Assembly: GCF_009914755.1 (NCBI RefSeq)
Contig: NC_060935.1
DNA from: the human T2T-CHM13v2.0 reference genome, Homo sapiens
Reading direction: 5' to 3' (one strand)
DNA length: 64,000 nt
Part shown: positions 44,019-60,659 of the stretch, one piece after another
How the letters are laid out: each line of letters starts with the position of its first letter
Position numbering within the stretch: position 1 is the stretch's first letter
Program-made: the position numbers and the translations under genes
The notes under the pieces: generated by a model
The model's database searches: none
What the model was told of the DNA's origin: nothing
Seen by the model: the letters and a program-made list of their open reading frames with translations, nothing else

Positions 44019-44768
44019 ATAAGATGATTATTAAGTTAACTGGTTTCTGAAGAACACTTTTTTCCCCCTAAGGAGTTCTAAGAGACATCTTTCGTATTTC
44101 TAGAGCAAATAAACTTTAACTTCTTTTTTTGTTTTATTATTAAATTAATATTTTGTTGTAATATTAAATGAATGAATATTTGAGATGCCCTTGTGTTTAT
44201 GTTCAGACCCCTGCAATTTTTCTGTTAAAATAAAAAAGCATGTGAAGTGTTACTATGACATTTGGCAATTTTATTTCAAAGAACTAAATATAAAAATGTT
44301 ATTTTCTTCTCTTCTGCGGCATGGTTGTCTTTTGTGTTTTCACTTGATTTTCCTCTTTATCCTCTTGGAATTTAGACTCTGAAGCTTGAATTTCCTTCCT
44401 TTTTTTCAGCAAAGTGAGATGCAGAACAAGGCATGGCATGAAGTCAAAAGTAAATTCCTATACTTAAGTGCTAGCAACCATTACAGACTTCTTGAGACCA
44501 AAGCCTGCCTATCAGATGCTTATTGGTTGGGTGACCATATGTTCTAAGGCAAGGGCTCTTTACTAACTTTAAAGAGGTTGAATTTTGATACCCTGTTGCC
44601 AAAAATTAAAAAAAAAATAACCAAATATATCACCCTGTGTATTAAGTATTTGTCTGGCAGGATACTGAAAACCTAAAATATAGCCCACACATGCAAACTT
44701 GTTGGAAGACAAAGTACATTTTTTAGCAAGTTAGAGTCTCAGAATAAGAAAAGCCAAACTAGTCTGGA

Positions 44769-45087
44769 TTTTATTATTTATTATTTATTATTTTTATTTT
44801 TTTGAGATGGAGTTTCACTCTTGTTGCCCAGGCTGGAGTACAGTGGCGCGATCTCAGCTCACTGCAAACTCCTCATCCTGGGTTCAAGCAATTCTCCTGC
44901 CTCAGCTCCTCAGTAGCTGGGATTACAGGCTCCCACCACCACGCCCAGCTAATTTTTTGTATTTTTTAGTAGAGACGGGGTTTCACCATTTTGGCCAGGC
45001 TGGTCTTGAACTCCTGACCTCAGGTGATCCGCCCGTCTAGGCCTCCCAAAGTGCTGGAATTACAGGCATGAGCCACCGCGCCTGGCC
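44769..45087 (-). mobile_element. AluSq-like
   Basis: gagtttcactcttgttgcccagg; TSD ctagt(c/g)tggattt. Confidence 0.95.
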
Positions 45088-45788
45088 GCTAGTGTGGATT
45101 TTAACATTGTCCTTCTGCCTTCCTCTACTGCCAAGCTCCAGAAGGACCCCAACCATGTAGCATGGAAGAGAAAATTATTTTTTGCATTTTAAAATCAGAG
45201 TATTGCTTTTGACTCAGCAGGATTTCAAGTTACATATGCAAAGGAAAATATAAAATTATAAAGACTGGACACTAACTCATATAAATCCTATGTTGAGTGA
45301 GTAGTTTTGAGATTTTTATAACTCTTTTATTATAAACATTTAATCCTCAATACATTGTTCTTGATCATTTTCTCTGTTTCAGACTGTATAATATTCTTTA
45401 GTTTTCATAACAGTCTTATATAGTAAGTAATAGTATCTGATTTTACATTTGAGGAAACTGAAGTTCTGTGATGTCAAGTACTTAACCAAAACTGGCCAGT
45501 TTTTAGAACTTGAGTTGTAACTGCATCAGAATTTGATTTCTGAGAGCATCAAAGCTCTGATCAGGTCTTCTTACTTTAATCTTAGACTTTTAGCCAATTT
45601 TGTTACTCTAGTACATTACTATCAAAAGTTTATATATATATATATACACACACATATATACTTAAGTTTATATAAGAGTGTTTGTGTGTGTGTGTGTGTG
45701 TGTATTCACTGGGAGAGATTTCATTGAATGTAACGCATAGAATTTTATATTCATAAGTTATACAAAACTTCTTTTAGTGTGTTTGTGA

Positions 45789-46112
<324 letters not shown>

Positions 46113-46262
46113 TAATTTAATATTTATGGAACTTTGGAGTAGGAGAATAAAACTGCAGAATTTATATTATGAATTTTTAGGATTAATAAAATTTTGAAGG
46201 TTTCAATATATGTATTTTTTACCCAACATTTCTTACCCAGAAGTATTGCTAACATTATGTAA

Positions 46263-46616
<354 letters not shown>

Positions 46617-46643
46617 TGAGAATAAGCAGTAGTAAACAACTCT

Positions 46644-46950
46644 GTTTTTGTTTTTTGTTTTTTTTTTGAGACAGAGTTTTGCTTTTGTCCCCCATGCTGG
46701 AGTTCAGTGGCACAATCTTGGCTTACTACAACTTCCACTTCCTGGGTTCAATCAATTCTCCTGCCTCAGCCTCCCTAGTAATTGGGATTACAGGCGCCCA
46801 CCACCACGCCTGGCTAATTTTTGTATTTTTAATAGAGACAGGGTTTCACCATATTGGCCAGGCTGGTCTCGAACTCCTAACCTTAGGTGATCTGCCCTCC
46901 TCAGCCTGCCAAAGTGTTGTGATTACAGGCGTGAGCCACCATGCCCGCCC
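46644..46950 (-). mobile_element. AluSq-like
   Basis: Full dimer; aactct on both flanks. Confidence 0.93.
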
Positions 46951-47510
46951 AACTCTTAACATAAAATGTTACTTTTATAAATTAGAAAGACTTTAATTGT
47001 CTACCCTGTGACCTAAACTTGCTTCTTAATGATACTCTGGAGTCAGTCACTTTCTAATAGATCTATAGATGATTTAAAACATTTTATCTATTTTTCCCTT
47101 GTAATGCATAGCTATGATTATGTCATTCTGTTCAGAAATCCTCTGTGATTTCCTATTGCCTTCAGGACAGTCTAAATTCTTGGACCAAGTCCTTCCATTG
47201 TCTAGCCTTGCTCTACCTGTCTAGAATTCTCTTCACTCAACTCAAGCTATGGTGATGTTCCTCAGGCTTTTACCTTGTATCCTTTGCTAGCCTTTGCATC
47301 CTTACTGTTACCTCTATACTAAAAAATTCAGTCTGCACAAATGATATCTTTTCCCTAAAACCATCTTTGATTCTTTAGTTTTGAGCAATTTCTTTATTCT
47401 TTGAATTTCATAAAGTGTAATGTGTTTCATAACACATATACATTTGTAATCTCTAAAATATATAATTTTTTACCTCTAGTTCTGTTACTGATTCAGGCAA
47501 ATTTTCGTTC

Positions 47511-47793
<283 letters not shown>

Positions 47794-47809
47794 TAATTTT
47801 CATTCTTTG

Positions 47810-48240
47810 AAAATTAACTTTGAGTTATAATTTATATACAATAAAAATATACACATTTGAAGAGTATACTCTATGAGTTCTATGAGTTTTGACAAATGTA
47901 ACCACCCCCAAGGTCAAATTCAGAATATTTCCATCATTCTTTAAAATTCTTTTGTGCATTTTTTTGTAGTCGGTTTCTATCTCTCCTCTCATCCCTGATA
48001 GCAGGAAAAGATGGATCTGCTCTCTGTCACTTTAGATTATGAAACTTTTTTCTAGAATTTCACACCAGTGGAATCGTACAGTATGCACCTTTGTGTCTGG
48101 CTGCTTCTCAGCATTTTTTTTTTGAAATTCATCTATTTTGTTGAGTGTATTAGTAGTTTGTTCTTTTTTATAGCTGAGCAGTATTTTATTATATGGATAT
48201 GCCACAATTTGTTTATGCATTCACATGTTGATGGACTCAT
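47810..48240 (-). mobile_element. L1MB/ME-type 3' end
   Basis: tatgagttttgacaaatgtaaccac...ttgtgtctggctgcttctcagcat...ggatatgccacaatttgtttat. Confidence 0.8.
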
Positions 48241-49419
48241 TTCTAGTTCAGGTCATTTTTTTTTCATTTGGCAATTTATATCACATGTACCATTATCCTC
48301 AATTAGTAAATGATTGTGTACTAGTATGATTATATCAGTTTGTATCTTTGGAGGAAGACCTGTAGTGATACATCTTTTAGATCATGGTGTTAATTTCAGG
48401 GGAGATGGTGTGTCTACTTCCTTTTTTCTGTCTGTGGCACACTGTTTCACCTTAGAGTTTAAGCCTATGAGCTTGCTATGGGTAGGAACTGTTAAATTTT
48501 TCTTGTAGTCTCAGTGTGTAAGACAGCAACTGCTATACCCTCATCTTTGTAGTTGTGTTTGTTTTAGTAATAGCAGCAGCAGTAGTAATAATAAATAACA
48601 TTTCTTGAGTGCTTAGTACAATAATCATATGATGTAGGTCCTATTATTTGCATTTTACAGGTGGAGAAACAGGCTCAGAATGTAACCAACTTGCTTCTCT
48701 GAATCTATAGCCCTCGCTTTTAACTCTACTGCCTCAGTGCTTAATAATTGCTTGTTGAACAAATATATGATTGTGTAAATGAATAATATTTGCTTCATAG
48801 ATCTGTGGACATAGTGGTAATTACAAAAAAGTATATTGCTTACTCCACCTCATGTAACTTATTGGTATAGTCTTGGCTTTCATCATTCTTCCCTGTCCCC
48901 ACAATACATTAATGATGTGACTTTATTATTCACATACACACAGAACAATATCTAGAACGACATTATAGCTGACTGAAATGAGGTTACTCTTTGTGTCAGA
49001 GACAGCCTGGATGATTGCCTGAGTGAATAGTGATAAATAAGCAGACCTTTATTATGTGGAGGCATCAAGATTTTGTGATTAGTTTGTTAAAACAACTAGT
49101 ATTAATTACCTGAATTTTATAGTTTAATTAAGTTTGATATTTTATGTAGGCATCTTTACTTAGTTGTAATTTTGAAGGTTATTATTTTTAAACTAATTTG
49201 TTAATCTATCAAAAAGTTATTAAAATATGTCTTAAAGTTAATGTGTGGTTTAATCTTTTAAAATAAAGAACAAAGTATATGTTTAGATGGCATTAATATC
49301 AGTTGCTTTCAAAAATTCAGCGTGTAGGCTGTCATTTAAAAAGTTTAAACAAATAGTACCAAATGAGATTATAATTTAAAAATAAACAATGGAGTGAGAT
49401 TTGGTAATAGGTCATGAAC

Positions 49420-49950
49420 ATCAAACCTGGAGTATCTTTGTTAAACATAGGTCTGGTTATGTCATTCCTCTGAGTAGCAGGACCTTTTGCTTTAGAAGTA
49501 AAGTTCAAATTCGTTTTTGGCATGGTGTGACATGTGCCAGTCTTTCTCCATTTGGTTTCCATGTCTCTGTGTTACAGTCATATTAAACCTCTCAGTTCTC
49601 AGAATATCCAGTGTTTTCTTTTTTCTAAGTCTTATATGTATTTTTCCTCCCTGCTTTCTTCCTCTACTTCTTTTTTATAGCACCTTAAATGTCTTTTTCT
49701 GAACAGCCTTCATGACACCAAAATCAATGTCAGACACACTTGCTTTGTGCTCCTAAAGCACTGTGTACTTTATATTAAAGTACTTTCTATAATGTAATAT
49801 CATTATTTGATTGTACATATACCTTCTGGATTGTGAATTCCTGAAGCCATCGGCAATGGCTGTCCTCAGCACTTGCAGCCTGCCTGGCACATTGTCAACT
49901 CTTTATAAATACTTATGAAATACTTAACTGTGTGAAGGAGTGAATAAATG
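49420..49950 (+). mobile_element. L2 3' region
   Basis: ggattgtgaattcctgaag...cctgcctggcacattg...gagtgaataaatga. Confidence 0.55.
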
Positions 49951-50741
49951 ATGTAAAGGTGAACAACACTCCAACCTGTAGACTTTATGGTCTCACCTCT
50001 TTTGCTGGATTTCAGTTCCTGGTAGCGTGATGAACATGCCTATCAGCCGTATCCGCCTTCCTGCCTTTTGGATTTGATAAATTCTTACTATAATCACTGT
50101 TCCATTTCATTTGTGGTATTAAGAAATAGCTCCTAATTAAGAAAAGACTGGAAGCCCCTATTTAGAGTATGTATGTTTATGTCTAAATGTAAATTCATAG
50201 CACATTATCAATATAAAGAAACTAATGGAACTTTATATTAAGGATGATCTCTGGGAGTTGTTAATGAGTATAGAGGTACTTGATGTAAAATAAACAAATT
50301 TCTTTAGAAATGGAAAATCAAAACAAAACAAAAAACCCTACAATTGCTGTCAAAGAAACAACTACAAGAAACTTGGCACCCAAATAGAAATAGTTAATAT
50401 AAAAATGCAGTTTTTTTCAGTGATTATATGGACAAAAATTTCTTTCAACATATATTTCTTGAGTTACTCATGTACTATGCACTGTACTAGGCACTGGGGA
50501 CACATGCAGACAAACACGTTTATGTATTCACATATAGTGTAAAATACTAATTGATGTGTTGTAGACTATCCTATTTCTGAAACCAGTACCAGAAAGATTT
50601 TAAATATTATCACACTTAAAGTGAAAAAAGTTATTGTGAAAAAGACTATTGATAGTATTTTATGAAGAAAAAGAAATTGTGCTTTGAATTTTCTTAAATA
50701 TAAACAAATACAGTTGATCTTCAACAATTATATACTTGGCG

Positions 50742-51112
50742 TGTATGGTAGACTGTGTTATTGTTCAAAAACCTTTGCTGCCCCTCCCTGGAGAAACTTT
50801 ATACTTCCCTTCCCTATTGACATCATGCCTGGAGTTACGACATGTTTTGGCTAAAGAAATATGAGTGGAAATGATTTATGTATACTTATGAGCAAAATCT
50901 TTAAGTCAGAACACAGTTTCCTATGTTTGTTCTTTTTCTCTGCTGTGACAATCAGCATTTGCAGATAAAGTTTCTCTGTTACGCTAAGGTACAAAATGAA
51001 GATTTCACGTAGTTGAGCCATAGCTAACTCTTGTTTGACATGTAGCATGAGCAGAAAATAAACTTTTTTTGTTAAAAGGCATTGACATTTTGTTACTGCA
51101 ACATAACTTAGC
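50742..51112. mobile_element. MLT1-type MaLR LTR remnant
   Basis: tgtatggtagactgtg...tagcatgagcagaaaataaactttt...ttgttactgcaacataacttagc. Confidence 0.65.
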
Positions 51113-51253
51113 TCAGTGGTTTTCAAGCTTTAGCATTTTTAAGAATCCTGTGGAGATTTAGTTAAAACACAAGTTGCAGAGATTGTTGGGCCCCACACTT
51201 AGAATTTCTGAATTCAGGAGGTCTGGAGTGGGGACCAAGAATTATATTTCTAA
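51113..51253. mobile_element. MER5A-type MITE
   Basis: cagtggttttcaagcttt...gattgttgggccccac...agaatttctgaattcaggaggtctggagtgggg. Confidence 0.75.
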
Positions 51254-51382
51254 AGTGAAAAGCTTTTATGAAGGGGAGGTGCATAAGAGAAGCCAGCATG
51301 AAGTCTTGACCAAAGGTACACACTCAGGCAAATCATGTTTAGATAGGAGAACATGTGGAAGTGAGCAACTGGACATTGGTTC

Positions 51383-51690
<308 letters not shown>

Positions 51691-52180
51691 AACACTGGTT
51701 TCTTTAAAACTATCCATGCCTGTTGTCCCTTGTAAAGTCTTTGCATAAAACCAGTTGGAAGACCATTGTTCTCTACTTCATTTAGGTGATTTGTGTTTTC
51801 TTTTATATTGTCCAAGATCCCTTTACTTGTCTGTAATATTTCATCTTCACTGTTGAGACTTCAGCAGGTACAGACAGTTAGGTGATTGGGATGTATTTAC
51901 AGTTTGATCACTTAACCTCCTTGGGCCTTGGTTTCTTAATCTATATAATATAATTCTCTCATGTTACTTTTGTTCCAATATTTTATTTTTCTAATACCAT
52001 TCTATGGGCTAGCAAGATTCCATTATGTGTTGACTCTCCCAATTTCTATTATTCATACCACAGATTAAGTTCAAAATCTTTGAGAGGAAGTAAGCTGGAG
52101 TATTTGAAATTAAATGTTTCTCTTTCTTGGGGGTCAGGATACTCTATAAGTCTTCAGCTAATCAGAAAATAGTAGCTTCT

Positions 52181-52483
52181 GGCCAGATGCAGTGGCTCCC
52201 TGTAATCCCAGCACTTTGGGAGGCTGAGGCAGGTGGATCACCTGAGGTCGGGAGTTCGAGACCAGCCTGGCCAACATGGTGAAACCCTGTCTCTACTGAA
52301 AATACAAAATTAGCCAGGTGTGGTACCAGGTGCCTGTAATCCCAGCTACTTGGGAGGCTGACACAGGAGAATTTTTTGAACCCGGAGGTGGAGGTTGCAG
52401 TGAGCCGAGACCGTGCCATTGCACTCCAGCCTGGGCAACAAGAGTGAAATTCCATCTCAAAAAAAAAAAAAGAAAAGAAAAAG
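52181..52483 (+). mobile_element. AluSq/Sp-like
   Basis: gaggtcgggagttcgag; gggcaacaagagtgaaa; TSD-like aatagtag. Confidence 0.95.
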
Positions 52484-52701
52484 AGAATAGTAGTTTGGAA
52501 AAGCTTACAAAATGTTGTTTTTGCTCCATTACTAGGAGATGCATATTTTATTTAACTTTGGTATCAAATAAGCATAAATTTATGAAAAATTTTAGCCTGT
52601 TATAGTTTTGAATAGCTGCTCATTTTGTTCAATATGAAAACAGATTGCTATATTATTTTACTGACATATATGCCAATATGCATTTGAAAATAAATTAATG
52701 G

Positions 52702-53004
<303 letters not shown>

Positions 53005-54426
53005 TTAATGTTGATTCGAAGATTCTGTTTAATTGAAAACATTTGTTTTCATATTTTTCACTATGTTTGTAGAAGGGAAAAAACTGAAAGTGTTTGTCTT
53101 GAGGTCTTTAAAAAATAGATTGGTTCAGAATTGTGATTATAATTTTGTTTAATGTAAATAATTTTGGTTCGTAGCAATGCCATAATTTTAAGACACTTGC
53201 TAAATTTTTCCTTGGATTTACATGAAACATTATTTGATTTTTTTTGGTTGTTGCCTATAGTTAATTTGTTAAGTCTGCACTCATGCCATTTCCTTGGGAA
53301 CTGCAAACAGGCCTTTCAGTTTAGGTCCAATGAAACCACAATCTGCTCCTTTTACAACTATTTTAAAGTTTGACTAGTGTTACTATTACCAGTTCATTTT
53401 CAGAAGGAAATTTATTCTGATTAACATTTCTTTTAGAAACAGTCTGAAGGTGATTCTTGGTTTCTTAGCAATTTAAGGCTGCTTTGGAACATGACCTTCC
53501 TAGTTTGGACTTTAAAGCAGAAACAGTTCCAGCTTCTCCAAGTTTAAGGAGAAATCTGATTCTATTGGAGTTGTTGCTGTAAGTTTTAGTCCAACTGTTT
53601 CCAATTTATAGTTAGGACACACCAGAAAAAAGTGCACAATTATCATCTGGGGACTTAGAATCTCACTTGATTACCCATAACTGCGGCCTGCTTCAGCAGC
53701 TTTGCTTGGGCTCTTGAAGACAAAGCCAAGTATCAGTGTTCCATTCTGTATGAAATAAATGTACTGTGAAATATTTATCAGAATAGAAAATAATATTTTT
53801 AATACACTGGGGAATTTCACTATTTAAAGGAATTCTATTGGAAGTTATTGAAGATATAATGTGTTCATAAAGGAAACAAAATAATCTTCCCCAAATTTCT
53901 TAATTTCTTGCTATTTCAAGTTCAGATATTTGTATGTGAGTTTTCTTAAAATAGGGATACAACATTAGTAGTTGAGTTTTCTCATACTAAGTGCCATATG
54001 AAGGCTGAAACTGAACTCTCTTAGTCCATTTTTTTATTCAAACAAAATTTAACATGAAAACCTTTTGTATGTATATAAGCCATGTAATCTATTAACCACA
54101 CACTACAAGTTTTGCATAGTAAATTGAAATAATCAATTTAACCTATTGGAATATACTTATGTGATTAGAATATTGAACATTTTTCAAAACAAAACAAAAA
54201 TAAAAGTCTGAAAGTAATTTCATGTTAATATTTTCTTGGTAATTGTATGATAAGCAAGCATCAATCAAAATGTACAATTGTTGATCATGTGTCAAATACT
54301 AAATTATAAGTTAGTACTAAGGTAAGCTCTATACTTGAAAATGGGTTGGAAAATTAATTACAAAATCTAGTGTATTCTTTTACGTGGGTTTTTAAAAACA
54401 AAATAAGAAAAATTTAATTAAAACTA

Positions 54427-55773
54427 TGTCTGAAATTGGTGGGTTCTTGGTCTCACTGACTTCAAGAATGAAGTTGCAGACCCTCGCGGTGAGTGTTACA
54501 GTTCTTAAAGATGGTGTGTCTGGAGTTTATTCCTTCTGATGTTCGGATGTGTTCAGAGTTTCTTCCTTCTGGTGGGTTCATGGACTCACTGGCTTCAGGA
54601 GTGTAGCTGCAGACCTTCATGGTAAGTGTTACAGCTCTTAAGGTGGCACGTCTGGAGTTGTTCGTTCCTCCCACCCAGAGTTGTTCATTCCACCTGTTGG
54701 GTTCATGGTCTCGCTGGCCTCAGGAGTGAGGCTGCAGACCTTCGCAGTAAGTGTCACAGCTCATAAAAGAAGTGCGGACCTAAAGAGTGAGCAGCAGCAA
54801 GAGGTATTGCAAAAAGCGAAAGAACAAAGCTTTCACAGTGTGGAAGGGGACCCGAGCAGGTTGGCACTGCTGACTCTGGCAGCTTGCTTTTTTCCCCTTA
54901 TCTGGCCCCACCCACATCCTGCTGATTGGTCCATTTTACAGACAGCTGATTGGTCCATTTTATAGAGAGCTGATTGGTCCGTTTTACAGAGAGCTGATTG
55001 GTCCGTTTTGACAGGGTGCTGATTGGTGCGTTTATAATCCCTGAGCTAGACACAGAGTGCTGATTGGTGCATTTACAATCCTCTAGCTAGACATAAAAGT
55101 TTTCCAAGTCCTCACCAGATTAGCTAGTTACAGAGTGCTGATTGGTGCATTTACAAACCTTGAGGTAGACACAGGGTGCTGATTGGTGCGTTTACAAACC
55201 TTGAGCTAGACGCAGAATGCTGATTGGTGTATTTACGATCCTTTAGCTAGACATAAAAGTTCTCCAAGTCCCCACTAGATTAGCTAGACACAGAGCACTG
55301 ATTGGTGCATTTACAAACCTTGAGCTAGACACAGGGTGCTGAGTGGTGTGTTTACAAACCTTGAGCTAGACACAGAGTGCTGATTGGTGTATTTACGATC
55401 CTTTAGCTAGACATAAAGGTTCTCCAAGTCCCCACCAGATTAGCTAGATACAGAGTGCTGATTGGTGCATCCATGAACCCCGAGCTAGACACAGAGTGCT
55501 GATTGGTGCATATACAATCCTCTGGCTAGACATAAAAGTTCTCCAAGTCCCCACCCGACTCAGGAGCCCAGCTGGCTTCGCCTAGTGGACCCTGCGCCAG
55601 GGCCACGGGCGGAGCTGCCTGCCAGTCCCGTGCTGCGCGCCTGCACTACTCAGCCCTTAGGCGGTCGATGGGACCGGGGGCCACAGAGCAGGGGGCGGCG
55701 CCCGTCAGAGAGGCTGGGGCTGTGTGGGAGCACACCACGGGGTGGGGGTGGGGCTCGGGCATGGTGGGCTGCA
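54427..55773 (-). mobile_element. LTR12 (ERV9) solo LTR lacking the distal U3
   Basis: U5 end tgtctgaaattggtgggttcttggtctc; gtgagtgttacagctc repeats; tandem gctgattgg (CCAAT) units; GC-rich U3; aaacta on both flanks. Confidence 0.93.
54920..55510 (-). promoter_or_regulatory. LTR12 tandem CCAAT (NF-Y) enhancer/promoter array
   Basis: More than ten ctgattgg (= CCAATCAG) units; NF-Y binding is established for LTR12. Confidence 0.8.
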
Positions 55774-56519
55774 AAACTACATAAAATTGCATGAATTTTC
55801 TTTAGAATAAAGAGAATTGGGAGTCACAAATTAGAGGCATTTAAATAGGCATCCTGGTTCCTTTTTGACTTTCAAATTAAACTTTTCAATTGTATTCACT
55901 CTGATTAAATTTATGCTTATGGTAACAAGACTAATCAGAATTTTGAAGTTCCAGCTATTGTCTGTAACTGTTATATGTCATTCTTTTCATAACTCCAACA
56001 TAAATGTTTACACTTGAACTTTCAGCATTTTCTGTTTTAATTAATTTTGTTCACATAAAATAATGTAACTTTTAATTTTGATACTGAGTGACTTAGATGG
56101 CTGATATAATCAGAATAGAATAGAATATTTTAAGAATTATCAATGTGCACTATTTTAAATCCAATTTTTCTTTATTTTTTGCTAACTGAATCTTTTCACA
56201 TATTTAATTGTGCTTTAGCATGTATGTAACACTTTACTCCAATTGAATAATTTGAGGTAGATGATGTAAAATGCTGAATAAAAGAAATTTAGAGCTGAAC
56301 TCATGAAGTACAAATAGAGTAGCTCTTAAAAAGCTACCTTTGCATTCTTCAAGTGATCAGCAACACAATGTCTTCTGTATATTAGATGCTCAATTAATGT
56401 TGAGTGAATAAAGATAGATCATGTAATATTTAATGAATATTTGAGTTTCCTTCTAGTTTAATGAGTAAAAGAAGAACTCTGAAGTGCCCCAATTGATACT
56501 TAATAAATGTTTGTTTTTT

Positions 56520-56846
<327 letters not shown>

Positions 56847-57969
56847 TTATCATTATAGTTACCTAATTATCCATGTTCATTGGGATCATAGTTTCAAAAA
56901 ATTTCAGCCTAAATCATTTATTTCAGATAGTTGTTTTGTGCCTCTTTCTAGCAAAACTTTTACAACCCTGTTAATTAGTAAAGTTGACTAGTTTGAGTTT
57001 TATATTCTTTGCCATTTGTTGGTGGAATAAAGATGAATAACTTTTGCCCTGTTCAATCTGTTCCTAAATGATCAAGAATTGATTTTTAAGATTAAACTGT
57101 ACAAATAATATATAAATTTATGCTTATTGTAAAAATTCAAAGTGATGTAGCCCCATAGAAAGTAAAAAGTTATATTTTCCTGCATGCCTCTTAACTCATC
57201 CAACTTCAATAGGTAGTCCACTACCCACAGTTTGGTTTTATACGTATCCTATTAGAGGACTTTCTGTAACAATGCCATATGTAAATAATAAACAACATTT
57301 TATATTTTACTATTAATATTTTAGCACCAATGCTAAATATAGCAATAATATTTTATCATTAATCAGATTATGTATATCGAATTGCTTCTTTTACTTAACA
57401 GTGTTTCATACAGGTCTTTCTATAGCAGTGTATATCTATCCCAGTAGTTGGTCTTGAAAGACCAAGTTTGAAACTTGAAAAGTTTCTCTTTGAACCTTTG
57501 CATGAAGAAGTTCCACCTCAATAAGTTTTATAAAATGATAAGCAAGTATAATACTCTTAGTAGCAACTAGTAATCTTAACACAAATTCAGAGTTTTGTTT
57601 GTATGTTTGGTTTTATTCTTGGGGCTAGTGAGATCATTTCTCTTTTTACATCATAAGTGATTGAGAAGAATTCATTCTGTTTTTCCATTGTGATTTTTAA
57701 TAATAAAGCTACCATTAAATAAAATGATGAAATTTCAGAATTATAAATCATTTAATCAGCCAGTTATTTATGGTAGTCATTTACTTTTAGTTTTTTTTAT
57801 ATACAAGGATATTGAGCCCTAAAGTTAAGTGATTTACTCAAGATTGTAGAGAAGTTATGAGTAGCATCTGTATCCTTTCTCATATCAAGATTTTTTTCAC
57901 TACACCATGCGTTGCCTCTGAAGAAATACTTTTTTTCATTTTTTAGGTGTTTATTTAAAATGCGTAATA

Positions 57970-58085
57970 TAAGCACAGTGGCACATGCCTGTGATCCCAG
58001 CTACTTGGGAGGCCGAGGTGGGAGGATTGTTTGAGTCCAGGAGTTTAAGACCAGCTTGGACAACATAGGGAGATCCCATCTTGGG
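57970..58085 (+). mobile_element. FLAM
   Basis: Single Alu monomer ggaggattgtttgagtccaggagtt...caacatagggag. Confidence 0.8.
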
Positions 58086-58289
58086 GGGTGAGGAGGAAGA
58101 AGTAATAAATAAGTAAATAAAACAAGTAATATTGTTTTAGATGCTTATATTTTTCTTATGTAAAAATTGACACATTAACTTTATTGTGAAAACATGATTA
58201 CAATCACAGACATGCAATGGAAACAAATTCCATATTGTCTGCACCTTCTTCTGAGACCACATTTTGTGTGTATGTAATGTATTTTATCT

Positions 58290-59170
<881 letters not shown>

Positions 59171-59596
59171 ATTGCGAAGAAATATTTTAAAGATTTATAA
59201 AGTACATCTTTTACATCTTTTATATTTACCAAATGAGTGAAAACTGAGTAGACAATAAAAAAACTTAGAAATCAAAATAGTTTGTTCTCATTCTTTTCAG
59301 CTCATTAGAGAGCACATAATGAAGCAGCACATTTACGTTATCCAATTTTGTGTTGGTGCCAAACAATGGGGTTTATATAAAATATAAACATTTTATATTG
59401 AATGGATTATAGGAACATCACCCATCATTAAAAGTCTAATATCGAGATATTTACTTGAGAGAACTTAATGTACTTTAATTAAGATTAGTAACATTTTTGC
59501 ATCCCTATAAATGTGTTTTTAGAGGAAAACCTACAGTAAAGTGTTTGCTATAGAAGTCACACCAATGAACTACAAATTCTTCCAAAAACAGTTTTC

Positions 59597-59614
59597 TAGC
59601 GACATCTGCTGGTA
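59597..59614 (-). promoter_or_regulatory. Candidate CTCF site
   Basis: Minus strand reads taCCAGCAGATGTCGCta, one mismatch from the CCAGCAGATGGCGC core. Confidence 0.4.
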
Positions 59615-60199
59615 CAATGTAATAAAGATGACTATCTCATGAAAGTAATTTCATAGAAAATATCTTTGTGGGTAGAATTGTTTATTTTACTATCATTTAC
59701 ACTTCTAATTGAAAATTTGAACATTTGACCAAGAGTATTATCCTGATAATGATAACATTGAGCTTCTTTATACTTTCCTGTACATAGTATGCAATTCCAA
59801 CCTGAACCTCTACAGTTATTTGTGTATTTACTAAGTTCTTTGATATTATTATGCAACATATTTCTTTTCCTCCATGTCTTTTTTGGCTCAGTTTTATATC
59901 ATAATTTGCCTTAGTGCAGAACCTTGCAAGTAGAGATTCAGTAAATATAGACTGACTTATAGTATTTATTTTGTCATTTGCATAGATTAAGTTGAAAAGT
60001 CTACGTATATGAGTTAAATGCATTATTTTTATGTGCACTTGAAAATAAAAATGAGACTTTATATTAGAAAAGAATGTGATTAGGATAAATGGATTTTTAT
60101 TTTTCTTCCTTTGAAGAGATTTTCTGCATTATAAGTTGTGGAGAAGCAAAATATATTCAGTCCTTGGACATTTTCTTTACAATTATTTCCTGTATGATT

Positions 60200-60623
60200 G
60201 TATCTAGTCTCATGCATTTAAATACTACATATAAACAAATCAGACCTCTCCCTTAATCCTCAGACTTGTACAGCCAGTTACTTGCTTCCTCAACATTACC
60301 GTTTAATTAGTTAACACACATTTTAAACTTAACATGTCCAAAACAAAAGTTTTGATTTTCTCCTTGAAACTGTTTGTGCTGTAGTATTCCCTACTTTAAT
60401 GAGTGGCCGTATTATCCTTCCGTTTGATCAAACCAAAAATTATTTCAGTAATTTGTAAATTCCCTCTCTTTTACTCCACGTTTAAACCATTGAGAATTTC
60501 AGTCAGCTCTACTTCTCTCCACCTTCTACAACTATGATCTAGATGACCACAATCATCGTTCCCCTCCTAACTTGCTTCCTTGCTTCTAACCTTGCCCTCC
60601 TGTAAGTCTATCCAGCAGCCAAG

Positions 60624-60659
<36 letters not shown>

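Noticed and set aside
53670-53750. Possible minus-strand exon (catacag|aatgg...tatgg|gtaatc)
   Set aside because: Modest splice signals, unrecognised peptide, and opposite to the inferred transcription direction
54920-55560. Regular repeat array superficially resembling CRISPR
   Set aside because: These are the standard LTR12 CCAAT tandem units in eukaryotic DNA, and the spacers are themselves repeated
59308-59340. miR-15/16-like words (gagcacataatg, agcagcacatttacg)
   Set aside because: Not an exact mature miRNA, and no flanking hairpin partner was found
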